Source: Octopus vulgaris
Lineage: Eukaryota
Direction: 5' to 3'
DNA: 64,000 nucleotides
NCBI GenBank assembly: GCA_951406725.2
Contig: OX597822.1
Coordinates: forward strand, 86,490,001 to 86,554,000
In this document: positions 14,665 through 26,532 of the stretch, in pieces
Layout of the letters: the number at the start of each line of letters is the position of its first letter
Numbering within the stretch: the first letter of the stretch is position 1
Translations under genes and position numbers: made by a program
The notes under the pieces: generated by a model
Databases searched by the model: none
What the model was told of the DNA's origin: nothing
What the model saw: only the letters and a program-made list of their open reading frames with translations

Positions 14665-15043
14665 CATGTGGCTGTGTGGTAAGTAGCTTGCATCCCAGCC
14701 ACATGGTTCTGGGTTCAGTCCCTCTGTGTGGCACCTTTGGCAAGTGTCTTCTACTATATCCTCAGGCCAACCAAAGCTGTGTGAGTGGATTTGGTAGGAG
14801 GAAACTGAAAGAATCCCATTGTATATATTTGTGTGTCTTTGTCCCACCACCATCACTTGATAACTGATGTTGGTGTGTTTATGTCCCCCATAACTTTGCA
14901 GTTCAGCAAAAGAGACTGATAGAATAAGTACTAGGCATACAAAGAATAAGTCCTGGTGTCAATTTCTTCAACTAAAAACCCTTGAAAGTGGTGCTCCAGC
15001 ATGACCACAGTCAAATGACTGAAACAAGTAAAAGAATAAAAGA
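14665..15043 (+). mobile_element. tRNA-derived SINE, near full length
   Basis: A-box-like tggctgtgtggt and B-box-like ggttcagtccc; short internal TA/TG tract; tail gactgaaacaagtaaaagaataaaag. Serves as the intact reference for the split copy at 46040/55581. Confidence 0.85.
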
Positions 15044-15345
15044 AATATATGTATACATATATATGTGTGTGTGTGTGTATATATATACACACATACATGC
15101 ATATACATATATATGTGAGTGCATGCATAAATCTTTACCCACACATGTATTTCTGAGCATCTTTAAATTGCAGATCTTAATTGCTAACATATTAAAACTC
15201 GTTGTATAAGAATTGATTTATTTTTATTAAAAAAGCAAAATACTCTTAGTTCCATTGCTTTTGCCATTACAGCCAAGGTCTCGATGTCATGTCATTTTCA
15301 CATTAATTCACTGATTCTTGTAATTGTATTCTTTTCTTATTGTAG

Positions 15346-15504
15346 ATCGAGTATCAAGAATTGGTTAACTTTCTTGAAACAAAAGGAATTAATGTCCAGT
15401 CTCGCTTTCTTGGATACTTTGGCAGACCAATCAATGATTTACAATCTTACCTTTCAGCATTAACAGAGACCATGTTGACGAATACTAAACGGGCATTCAT
15501 AGAG
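15346..15504 (+). CDS. Patatin-like/EF-hand gene 1, exon d
   Basis: ttgtag acceptor and GAG|gtatcg donor; 159 nt; IEYQELVNFLETKGINVQSRFLGYFGRPINDLQSYLSALTETMLTNTKRAFIE. Completes the 12-residue EF loop DTNQNNEIEYQE. Confidence 0.85.
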
Positions 15505-15952
15505 GTATCGATATTAGTTTATATGTTATATTTTATTATTAGTATTGGTTCCATAATCATTTGTGTAACCACTTTTGCTGCTGCCAAGGGGCATAACTTT
15601 CTAAAAAGTTTCTTCCCTCAACTTCCATGATTTTTTTTCATTCTAACTTTTCTCAACATTAGATGTCACACTTCTTAGCCTCCTGTAACAAAGATTATCA
15701 CCATAATCTTCCCACAAACCCTTCTTCCAGGTACCAGGATTAGATTTCCCTGAACTCTAATGTACAAAGCCAATTGGTAAAAATCTGCTGAAATGGACCT
15801 AATACTGTACTGTATAAAAGAACCCACTCTGTTGATACATATATGAGTATCTGTTTCTTTCTGACTTATAGCTTCTTAAGAACTGTGTGTGTGTGTGTAA
15901 CTACACACATGCTACTGGCAATTTCTTATCCTTTGTTGGACTTTCCATTTCT

Positions 15953-15987
15953 CTTTTCTGATGAAGAGCTATGCTCAAAACATCAAA
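15953..15987 (+). ncRNA. Decayed minimal hammerhead ribozyme of a PLE relic
   Basis: ttt-CTGATGA-agagc-tat-gctc-AAAAC-ATC-aaa. This reads as GAAAC-GTC with two CpG>CpA changes and is followed by (TA)n. Confidence 0.55.
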
Positions 15988-16030
15988 CTCTTTTCACCGA
16001 GCATCAAGTTTTACTCATTTATTTGAACTG

Positions 16031-16080
<50 letters not shown>

Positions 16081-16115
16081 TATATGTAGAAGGTTGAAAA
16101 GGAACACACGAGTTG

Positions 16116-16572
16116 ATATATATGTGAAAAAAAAAACCAAGGTAGGAAATGCTAAAATAATTTTATAAAAAACATTTCAGTACCGGTTTCAGTCATTGAG
16201 ACTTTTTCAACTATAAGTATGGAAAACAATTAAATTTTGGAAAAATTAAAAGAAAAGTCTTTTAAAAGAATATTTGCATAGTATTCAAATACAAGAGTCA
16301 TTTTCCTTGTTTCTGCTTGTCTCTGTCTCTCTTATTTACTCTTGTGGGTTCAAGGTCGTTATGTCAGTTAGGCAGAAACAAGGAAAATGCCCCTTGTATT
16401 TGAATACTATGCAAATATTCTTTTAAAATACTTTACATTTAATTTTTCCAAAATTTAATAGTTTTCCATACTTACAGTTGAAAAAGTCTCAATGACCGAA
16501 ACCAGTACTGAAATGTTTTTTATAAAATTATTTTAGCATTTCCTACCTTGGTTTTTTTTTTCACATATATAT
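16116..16572. repeat. ~200-bp-arm palindrome (inverted PLE pLTR-like pair) between TA tracts
   Basis: 16116-16317 is the near-exact reverse complement of 16372-16572, with a ~54-bp spacer. Each arm has a hammerhead-like motif. Confidence 0.85.
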
Positions 16573-16589
16573 ATATATGTGGAAAAAAA

Positions 16590-16645
<56 letters not shown>

Positions 16646-16669
16646 ATACACACACACTCTGACACTCAA

Positions 16670-16978
16670 GCAGTTACGACAATGAGGGTTCTGCTTGATC
16701 CAATCACTGGAACAGCCTGCTCATGAAATTAATGTGCAACTGGCTGAGTACTCCATAGATACACAAACCCTTAACATAGTTCTCAGGGAGATTCAATGTG
16801 ACACAGAATGTAACAAGGCCGGCCCTTTGAATTACAGGTAAAACTCATTTTTGCTGAGTTAACTGGAGCAATGTGAAATAAAGTGTCTTGCTCAAGGACA
16901 ATGTGCTGCTGGGAATTGAACTCACAACCTTACAATTGTGAGCTGAAAATCCTAACCACTAACCCACATGCCTTCACA
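16670..16978 (-). mobile_element. tRNA-derived SINE (second family)
   Basis: Minus strand reads gcatgtgggttagtggttagg...gagttcaattccc (A/B boxes), then ccttgagcaagacactttatttcac. Confidence 0.7.
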
Positions 16979-17911
16979 TATAAGTGTATATACTAATTCC
17001 CCATTAGGTAGTATATATAATACATGCTAAAAGACACAGGCTGGAAGTCAGTATTTTCCTTAGTAAACGATCATCATATAGAGTCAACTTTGTATGAAGT
17101 ATTAACACATGCATACATGCACATAAAAATGCAAGTAGGTGTAAAACCATGCACAAATAAGCAGGAATCAGGTCCATGGCATTGCCAAGTCTCCAGAATG
17201 GTGAAATGCATCTGTCTTTCTCATGAATCACTGCAGCAATGATGTTTGTTTGCTGCAATATATAATGTTTTTTTTTAGCAAAAGCCAATGAAGAGATTTT
17301 ATCTAATGGTGTGTCTACATTGAGTATGATATCCAGATAGCAATATATTTCAATATATGCAACACTAAAGATATTGAAGTGTCAGGAACTGTACAGCAAG
17401 AGAACAAATGCCTGACTATATTTAATCTCATTATCATCATCATCGCTTAATGTCTGCCTTCCATGCTGGCATGGGTTAGATGGTTTGATAGGAGCTGGCA
17501 AGCCAGAGAACTGCACCACACTCCACTGTTTTGGCAGTTTCTATGGCTGGATGCCCTTCCATTTTACACAGTGTACTGTGTGCTCTTTATGCGGCACTGG
17601 CTCAGGTGCTCTTTACTTGACACCTGTATTGACAGGGTTACACAAAACCCCTTCACTTAGGAGAGCAAGTTGTGCTAGTTGAGAGATTAAAGGTACGTGA
17701 GGGACAGATATAGGTGTAAAGGTCAACAATTGCAAGTGTTGATTCTAGCCATTCACCTTATTGGAGTTGATTAAAAAATATCAGTTATATACACGGTCAC
17801 TTCTACTACCTATGTCCTTCTACTTCAAACAGTCATCTACCAATGTAATTATTCATTAATATGTGTACTACTATTACATCTCATTGTTATATTTTTTTGG
17901 TACTATTGTAG

Positions 17912-18007
17912 GACCGAGATAAACATCGTACAGTTGGTATAAACACAGGTTATATTGACACCACAGACTTCTGTTTGGAAGACGAAGACAAACAGTTCCT
18001 GATTAAG
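17912..18007 (+). CDS. Patatin-like/EF-hand gene 1, exon e
   Basis: ttgtag acceptor and AAG|gtaata donor; 96 nt; DRDKHRTVGINTGYIDTTDFCLEDEDKQFLIK matches the RTxxIxT..DFxL..K..L C-terminal motif of bacterial-type patatins. Confidence 0.9.
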
Positions 18008-18327
18008 GTAATAGAACTTCTATATTTTGTCTCAGTTCTTTAGTTCTTTCACCTTTCCTCATATTCTCACAACTTACACACAAAAAAAGAAAAGGTCAGA
18101 AAATGTAAAAGTGAGAAACTTTGAGGCTTATAATAAACCTAGTTTTGCTTTATTCTGAAGCATAAACACACCCAGAAATTTAGCAATGGGATAAAAGGCT
18201 ATGATATTTATGACTGTCTTCCTACCTTTACCTGCATGAGAATAAAAGAAAGTGATATGACTAATAGTGGGGGTGGGAGTACCCTGGAGTCTCTTCAGCA
18301 AATAAACTAATAGTTAAGTCAATGTTT

Positions 18328-18575
18328 ACACACTTAATGCAGTGAATCAAGTAATTTAACTTACATGCATAACAATAAAAAATATCAACCTAATTGTGGT
18401 CAAGAAAGGCTAAGGAGATAATTGCAATACTTAAATTCTTCTGTTTTTTATTAACTTTTATTAATTTAAGTATTGCAATTATCCCCTTAGCCTTTCTTGA
18501 CCACAATTAGGTTGATATTTTTTTTTATTGTTATGCATGTAAGTTAAATTAATTGATTCACTGCATTAAGTGTGT
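18328..18575. repeat. ~110-bp-arm intronic hairpin
   Basis: acacacttaatgcagtgaatcaa...gcaatacttaaatt is the reverse complement of aatttaagtattgc...ttgattcactgcattaagtgtgt; loop ~25 nt. Confidence 0.9.
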
Positions 18576-19208
18576 AGAGTGTGTAAGCTTGGGTAGATAA
18601 CTGTGGACATGTTCTGGTTTTATTAAACCCCATCAGTGGAATGTAAGTTTACTGGTAGAGCTACCTTTAAGATGGCTCATTATGTGACATATGTCAACAG
18701 CAACTCCATAAACACAGTTGAGTAGTTAAGTTTGCTCCAAGATACCATTGTTTTGGGATCATTCTGTGTGGCACATTGGGCCAAGTGTCCCTTGAGTCAG
18801 CCAATGGCCTGTAAGTGAAATTTGGTGGACAGAAGCTTTGTAGGAAAGCCTATCAGAAGGACTGCTCCTGTTTCTGAATAATAGAGCTAATCCACCCCAC
18901 CCTCAATTTAACACAACCACCTTATACTTGGATGCTTTTAGCAAGCTACATCTGTTGTAAATATTCAGATCAGATATCAAAGATGTAAGCAGTATATTTA
19001 ATGCAGTGTATAGTTGTGTGTATAACATCTACATAATCACAGATATATAGACAGTGTATTTCATGTGGTATATATTTGTGCTTTAAGTGTGCCAATGCCT
19101 GCATAATGTGTATGTGTATGTGTATATGTTTCTGTTCATCTGTATTGATTCTTTTACATCTTTGAATTCTTTGAAGAATCTAATATTGGTTTATTTTGTG
19201 TCTTGCAG

Positions 19209-19334
19209 CAAGGATGGAACAGTACTGTGGCCTTCTTCCGAGAATACCTCAGTACACATCGCGGTATCTTGAAAAAACGTCGACATCATTCAATTTGTCA
19301 AGTAATTCCACTTGCCAGCCCAGACCTTTTATAG
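19209..19334 (+). CDS. Patatin-like/EF-hand gene 1, terminal coding exon
   Basis: ttgcag acceptor; QGWNSTVAFFREYLSTHRGILKKRRHHSICQVIPLASPDLL*, continuing the ..L..QG...T..F patatin C-terminal helix. AATAAA at ~19748. Confidence 0.85.
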   Translation, partial: QGWNSTVAFFREYLSTHRGILKKRRHHSICQVIPLASPDLL

Positions 19335-19774
19335 CAGCAAACATCAAAAACTTTACTATTTTTATGGGAATTTTCCATGTTACATTATTTCTTTCTCCCA
19401 CCATCCTGATACAATTTTAAAGGAATTTTTTTTCTCAAATTCATACATTGTATCGCAGTTTCATTTAAAATATTTAAACTTTGTTCACCCTCTTCAAATT
19501 TGGCACATTTATATTTATAATCTTTCCATTGCTGTCAACCAAACAATTTACCCAAATCTGATAAATCCAGATCATATGTATTCTAGTATTAACCATGACA
19601 TGGTGATGGCTAATGTTTAGAATGTACTTTTGTCACTGTGGCTAATGTCAGATAATGCTACATTGGTTCCAGTAATTATAATCTTTTCAGAATTCATGGT
19701 CAATGAATTCTAATTTTCAAGTTGAAAATATTTATTTAATTAAAATGAAATAAAACAAATTTCTCACTAGTATA

Positions 19775-19983
19775 CAATAATCCCTCGCCATATCACGGTT
19801 TATTATTTAAGCCTATGTTGATTCCTCCATGGTGTTGTTTTGCATTTATAATAAAATAAATATATACAAATTATAAAAATGATTTTAAAACATACACAGT
19901 ACAGTACTGTTTCTACTTCACGGATTTTCACCTATCATGGGGTGTTTTGGAACGTAACACCTGTGATAGTTGAGGGATTACTG
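19775..19983. mobile_element. Tc1/mariner (Tigger-like) MITE
   Basis: TA|CAATAATCCCTC ... GAGGGATTACTG|TA. A related right end lies at ~9250-9301. Confidence 0.75.
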
Positions 19984-20101
19984 TATTTGCAATAAATCCA
20001 TACTACCAATAATGATAACTTTCACTTAATTATAGGTGTAACATTACCTGACACTACCAACAAAGACAAAAGTATCTTCTTCCCAGTATTTATTGTCTTT
20101 T

Positions 20102-20310
20102 AAGGTGGCAAATTGGCAGATTCGTTAGCACACTGAGCATAATGCTTAGTAGCATTTCAATCATCTTTACATTCTGAGTTCAAATTCTGATGAGGTTGAC
20201 TTTGCCTTTTCGAGATTGATAAAATAAGCACTAGTTGAACACCGGGGTCAATGTTATTGACTTACTCTCTCCCCACAAAATTGCTGGCCTTATGCAAATA
20301 TTTGAAACCA
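20102..20310 (+). mobile_element. Degraded SINE (family of 35440)
   Basis: aaggtggcaaattggcaga...ttctgagttcaaatt...gttgactttgccttt. Another copy at ~22104-22308. Confidence 0.7.
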
Positions 20311-21759
20311 GTATTATACTTGTTCTATGACAGGTTACATTCTAGTTAGTATATAGCAATCAAGGGTAATATACCTAATGAGATCAGAGTTATCGTCCTT
20401 TCAGGAATGGACAAAAAGAGAGATAGAGACACACTGCCAATTACATTAACAGATGGTTTCTTTTATCCTTCTATTTTTCTTTCCTTTGGAATTTAATTTT
20501 TTTCATTTTTAAATGGAGACATATTTAAAAATCATAATTCTATGAAAAGGCAAGCATTGGCATTGATAGAAAATATTCTGTCTTTATTTTTAAAAATAAT
20601 TTCATATGTTACCATGTGCTTCTACCAAATTTTCCATAAGTAAGACTATTTGAACACTAGTATAATGTTTTATACTGACTTATTCACAGAGTCCCTCTGC
20701 TATATCATAATTCACATAAATGCCATACGATGTCATTTGATACCACATCAAAATATACCAAAATCACGCTATCAACTTTTACACCACACACTGATGTATC
20801 ACCTCATATAGAATTACATGATATACTTTGCCAGATGCTACAGCATCTTGCTATACAACACACAATAACACCACAATGTATCATATTCAACATTATACAA
20901 CACTAACATTATGTCAAATGAAACAAAACCATACCATACTACACTACATTATTTGCAGGATTTTTCCTACAAATATTTTATTTAGACACCATATGTTTAT
21001 TTATTTATATTTTAATTACAGTGCAGCTATTTTAAACTTTTAACATGCTTCTCTTCCTCAATCTTGTGTGCATGTGTGTGGCTAAGGAATTCACAAAGCT
21101 GCATTGTAGAGATAGATTATGAAGACTAGTTCAAAGAGAGAAAGCTTTAACACATTTAGGAACATTGAATTTTAATATTTCATTTCATAATTAAAACAAA
21201 CTCGGCTTTGAATTAATTCTTCTAAAACAATCATTTAATAATTTCCTATTTGCAGTCAGCAAAGCAATTTAACCGATCATAGAACTGGAATATATGGAAT
21301 GATGATCTTCAGCATAGAAATTAAAGAACTTTCAGTGTCCGTATGACCCCCCCCCCACCACCACCACCTGAAACCATTAACAGGGAAGAAGCCAAATTTA
21401 AACATTAAACATGAACATCACCCAAGCTGCATCTTCTGTTTTTCAATTTATTTTTTTAAAATGTTTCTATTTTAAAGTATTTATTTCCAGAGAATTCTTG
21501 CTATAATTCTGTCTCATTAAATAATACAAAAATAAAAATACTGAGGCTCTAAAAGATTCTCTCATCCCTCTAACAAATATTGCCATCACTTTCTTTGCCA
21601 ATAAGATGGCTATTATATGGTGCCTCACCTCCAAACTTGCTAAAAGTAGCATCCAAATTTCCCTCAAAATCATATCCAGTCATCTTAATTAGATGGTAAA
21701 GTCATTCATGGATTGTTTTTGATCCTATGTCTCTTCAGTCATGGTTGATCTTAGCTTAA

Positions 21760-21947
21760 CCCTTTCATTACCAAACCGGCTCTGGCTCTGAGTAAAAATG
21801 TCTTGTTTTCATAAGTTTTGAATTAAAATCTTCCACTAAACCTTAGTCACAATTTATGCTCCTAACACTAGCTTAATGATAACTAAGTCATTTTATTAAA
21901 TTGAAAGAAACACACAGCATCTCAAAATAAATGCAGTAACAAAAGGG
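21760..21947. mobile_element. piggyBac-like MITE
   Basis: TTAA|CCCTTTCATTAC ... GTAACAAAAGGG|TTCA (TIRs with a TTAA-like target). Confidence 0.6.
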
Positions 21948-24900
21948 TTCAATTCCAGCTGGTAGTTCCTAGCAAATCAAGTTTACAATTTGATTTTGAT
22001 TCTTAGTTGGAATGACTTCCAATGACACATTTCCATTATTGCAAACCAAAGAACTGTTACCAGTTTTCCCTTCTTCTCTAAATCTGTTTTTGAATATAAA
22101 TCAGGCAGAATTGTTAGCAGCCCAAGCAAAATGCTTAACAGCAGTTTGTTTGTCTTTATATTCTAAGTTCAAATTTTGCTATGGTTGACTTTGCCTTTCA
22201 TCCTTTTCAGGGTTGATAGAATAAGTACTAGTTAAACACTAGGGTCAGTGTAATCGACTTGACTTCTCTCCCAGATATTCTGGCCTTCTGCCAAATTTTG
22301 AAACCAATATTTCTGTTTCCAAAAGATTAAAGCAATGTCATCATTAAAAAGTTGTATTTTGGTTATTGTTACATTCCTTGTTCCTTTCAAATCTCAGGTT
22401 TTATGTTATGAAATAAATATTAAAGACACAGTGGACTTTGTGTTGTCTGTTTTCTAGTGCAATGAAGCACCAAAATCTCACTGAACAAACAGACAACCAT
22501 CTTTAAGTGAGAATTTACTTCAAGCCTCCATATTAATAGTGAAAAATTTACACTCAATTCACAATAAGCCCAAATAAAATATCTAAATGAACAATTCTTA
22601 GCTTGGTTATCTCAAAGCTACAGGTTTCATTAACGACATTTAACCAAAGCTACTCAAAAACAATATAAATTGCTACATTTTTTTAATATTAATAATGATG
22701 AAATTTTTATCAAATTTTTCTTAAAAATCTTTTGCACAATTTTTGTCTTTGAAAAAGGATACTAGATTGTTAAAAAATTGGGGTAACTTATTGACTGAAG
22801 TTTTTTTAAGATATATTTCTAAATGTTTGATTAATCAAACATCTTATAGCTATAAAATATATCAAATTTTGAATACTTAACTTCTAATTATATGTGTGTG
22901 TGTGCGCACATATATAAGCGTGTCTGTGTGTGTGTATAAATAAACCAAAAAAGAAAACTCATGCCCATCTTTATATATCTTGGAATTTTAAAATTATATT
23001 TTTGTTATCAAATTTTTCCCCTGTTCTCCCACAAAACTCTTTCATCTGATAACGTTAATATTTTCTATATTCATTTGATTCTCTCAGTGATGTTTCTTTT
23101 CTATCTTTTTGCCATGAAAATTCATTTGTATTTTGCTATTTGTTTGTTGATTGTAATTTTCAAATGCAAAAAGAATATTGCAACAGGTAAAGAGCCAAAC
23201 TCATCTTTGCAACTTTTTCTTTGTTGATCTACCACAAAATCAGAAATTAATTGTGTACTATAAACCAATAATGCATTGAAACTTATTTAACAAATTCAAT
23301 TTTGGTGGATCATAAAATCATGACTCATTAAAACAAAGGCTTTAAATTGAGAACAATTAAAAAAGAAAGTCAATAATATTCTCAAATCTAATCTAATAAC
23401 ATTTATATAACATTAATAAAATACATAATTTAATTTTTTTCTTTTCCTTTGCACTGTATTGGAAGTCTAAACAAATCATGATTGCATAAAATGAAGGAGT
23501 TTGGATAACTGCTGGTTTATATAGCTATAAAAAGGCTTCCACACTATTTTGATTGATTTAAGATTTTCTGCTTCTTTTTATGAACTTTGTACAGGTTGCT
23601 GTTGACTTACAGCCTATGCAACTTACAACCGATCAACTTTACAATGATTTGTGCACCAGCTTCCAGTAGCAATAATAAATAGTCCAGTTGAAATCCAATG
23701 GGTTTAATTTCTTAGAAATTAACCTGTGTATGGATGATGTCAGCTTCCCCTAAGTTTGGTTATCAATTACCACTGTGTTGGATGACTATCCTGTTGTGGA
23801 GACATTGAGGCAACCTTGTATTTGTTTATGAGACTCTGAAACTTTTGACCAACACCAGTATAATAGTATAATACAGAATGCTGTGTGTGACTTTTACCTG
23901 AGAATGTACCATAAGAATGTGAAAGTATAAAACAAAACTATGTAGAACTATAGGTCAACTTACGACCAGTCAGTTGGAACCAATCATGCTTGTAAGTCAA
24001 CGATAACCTGTACACTGTTCTTTAAACATGACATTTATTTTATATTATAAATAATATCATTATGGTATATTTATATAGTTATAAATATATATGTTCAAGT
24101 TCACCTCTTAATTATGTTCATGGCACCTAGTTTCAGTACTGATGGTGACTAGTTGTGTGTATGTGTTAATCATGACATTTATTTTAGCATTACATCATTA
24201 TATATTCCGGATCTGATCACTGAAACTGGGTGGGGATTAGCCCCGGAGACGAACAATTTACAACCAAGGCCTTAGGGTTAGCCTCTTTTAAAGCTAGTAT
24301 TTCCTATTTCTCTAAACAATTGTTGCAACAGATTTTCAGTTCAGAGCTGCCAATATAGAGTGGAAGTGATGAAACCACTTGCAAAATACTATGTCTCACA
24401 CACTAACCCACCACCATCACCACCACATAATGTCACTAAAATATACAAAATACTGCTAATTGCTATAATTTTTTTTTTTTTATCTATGATAGATTTTTAG
24501 TTGTTCTATTTTTTTAACCCCAGGTTGGTCCTGGTTAAGTTGATCTGTGATTAAGCCTTTAGTATTCAGGCTATTCTGTTGTATGTAATGCATATTCATT
24601 CATATTGTTTTAGATTAAGTACTATCTCAGTGCTTCGAAATTTTGATGATGTGTCTATTTTTAGAATGACATTGTAGGGCAGGTGTGAGAGACTTGATGT
24701 GGTTGATTTGAAAGTAAAACATGTAGAATGTTTGGGCTGGTTTAAATGCTACTTGATTAAGACATTCCAACCATGACATTTTCCTTGAATTAAATTTTTT
24801 TGTTTTTATTTTTTCAACTGTTGAAATGTTTTTGTCTTTGACATCTTGTCATTTCCTCTGGATTTTTTCTCAGAATTTTGAATTATATACATCTTGTATT

Positions 24901-26075
24901 CTGACTCTTAAAATGATGGAGAGTTGTATGAGGAGAAAATTTGTCTGCTATGGCAGTAGCAGCCCAAATAATCTTTAATGTAGATCAGACTAAATGTCAT
25001 TAGATCAAAGTGAAAAACCATTCAGACTCAACTGTTGTAATGACTTAATAAATAGGGTTCGGTTCCTACTTAAACCAAAGACAATGCCTCCATGTGGTTG
25101 CTTGACCTAGAAATTATAACTAAATGTCTTTCAAGCCATGCCCCATTGTCTTAAAAACAGAGGGACACACCAGATGTTACAGTCCTATATATGCAATCCT
25201 CAAAAAGAGGACAGATGGTCAGAATGTCTTTGGCCATAAGTATGCTCTGTCTACAACTGACCTGGGGCTACACAACAACAGCGGTAGCTTTAGCTGCTTA
25301 CATAAGTGACTGGTCAGTTAACAAATCTGTAAATTTGACAAAGGTACAGCATTGAGACATTGCTAGGATACAAAGTATGAAGCCATTTGCTACGATCAAA
25401 CTAAAAATTTCTATTGATCCCACCAAATTTACAAAAGAGAACCAACTAAAAATAGAAAAGCTATCAACTCGAGTCCAAGTTAAGTCTTGTTATATAACCA
25501 CAATACAGACATCATATTTAAAAAGTGAAAGATTGATAAAAACACCAGTCCCAAACAAAATGGTTCATCATTAAATTCTCCATCTCTTTTCATTTTTCTC
25601 TTGTTCTTCCATGTGTCAAGAAAATAAGTGACAGTAACATATTAATTTCAAAGTAATTAATTATATTTAATATCAATTAATATAAATTCCAATATAATTA
25701 ATTATATCAATCAATGTCAACAATTAGCCTTCTGTCTCAGTAAGAAACTGTTTACATTAAATGTTTAGATGTTGTAGAAATATACAAAGAGAATGTCAGC
25801 AGGTAATCCCACCTGCAGCCCTGTTACATAGAAAAACATTGGTGTTATCTTGCATACATACACACATTTAGACTAAAATAAAATATTTTAATAGAGCCAT
25901 ACTTATAAACCCATGTATCCAAATTTATTCACAGACTATCACATACACAGAATTCTCATATACAACAATCCATCCAAACTGTAGCAATACAAAACTAATG
26001 CCAGCAATATACAACCCACTGCATGTATACAGTCTGCTATCAATGTGTGTATACACACACGCATACAAATTCTCA

Positions 26076-26532
26076 GGTGAGGCATGGCTGTGTGGTAAGA
26101 AGTTTACTTCCCAACCACATGGTTCCAGGTTCAGTCCTACTGCCTGGCACCTTGTAAATTTGACAAGGATACAGCATTGAGACATTGCTAGGATACAAAG
26201 TATGAAGCCATTTGCTACGATCAAACAAAAAATTTCTATTGATCTCACCAAATCTTCTACTATAGCCTTGGGATGACCAAATGCTTATGAGTGAATTTGC
26301 AAGACAGAAACTGAAAGAAGCCTGTTGTATACATACTTGTCCCCATCACTGCTTGACAACCAGTATTGGTGTGTTTACACTCGTAACTTAGCAGTTGGAA
26401 AAAGAGAATGATAGAATATCAGGCTTTTAAATATATAAGCAATGGTGCCAATTCATTTGATTAAAATTCTACAATGTAGTGCCCCAGCATGGCCATAGTC
26501 TAATGACTGAAACAAGTAAAAAAAGAAAAGAA
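26076..26532 (+). mobile_element. tRNA-derived SINE with a 100-bp captured insert
   Basis: Same family as 14665; interrupted at 26153-26253 by a copy of 25328-25428. Confidence 0.8.
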
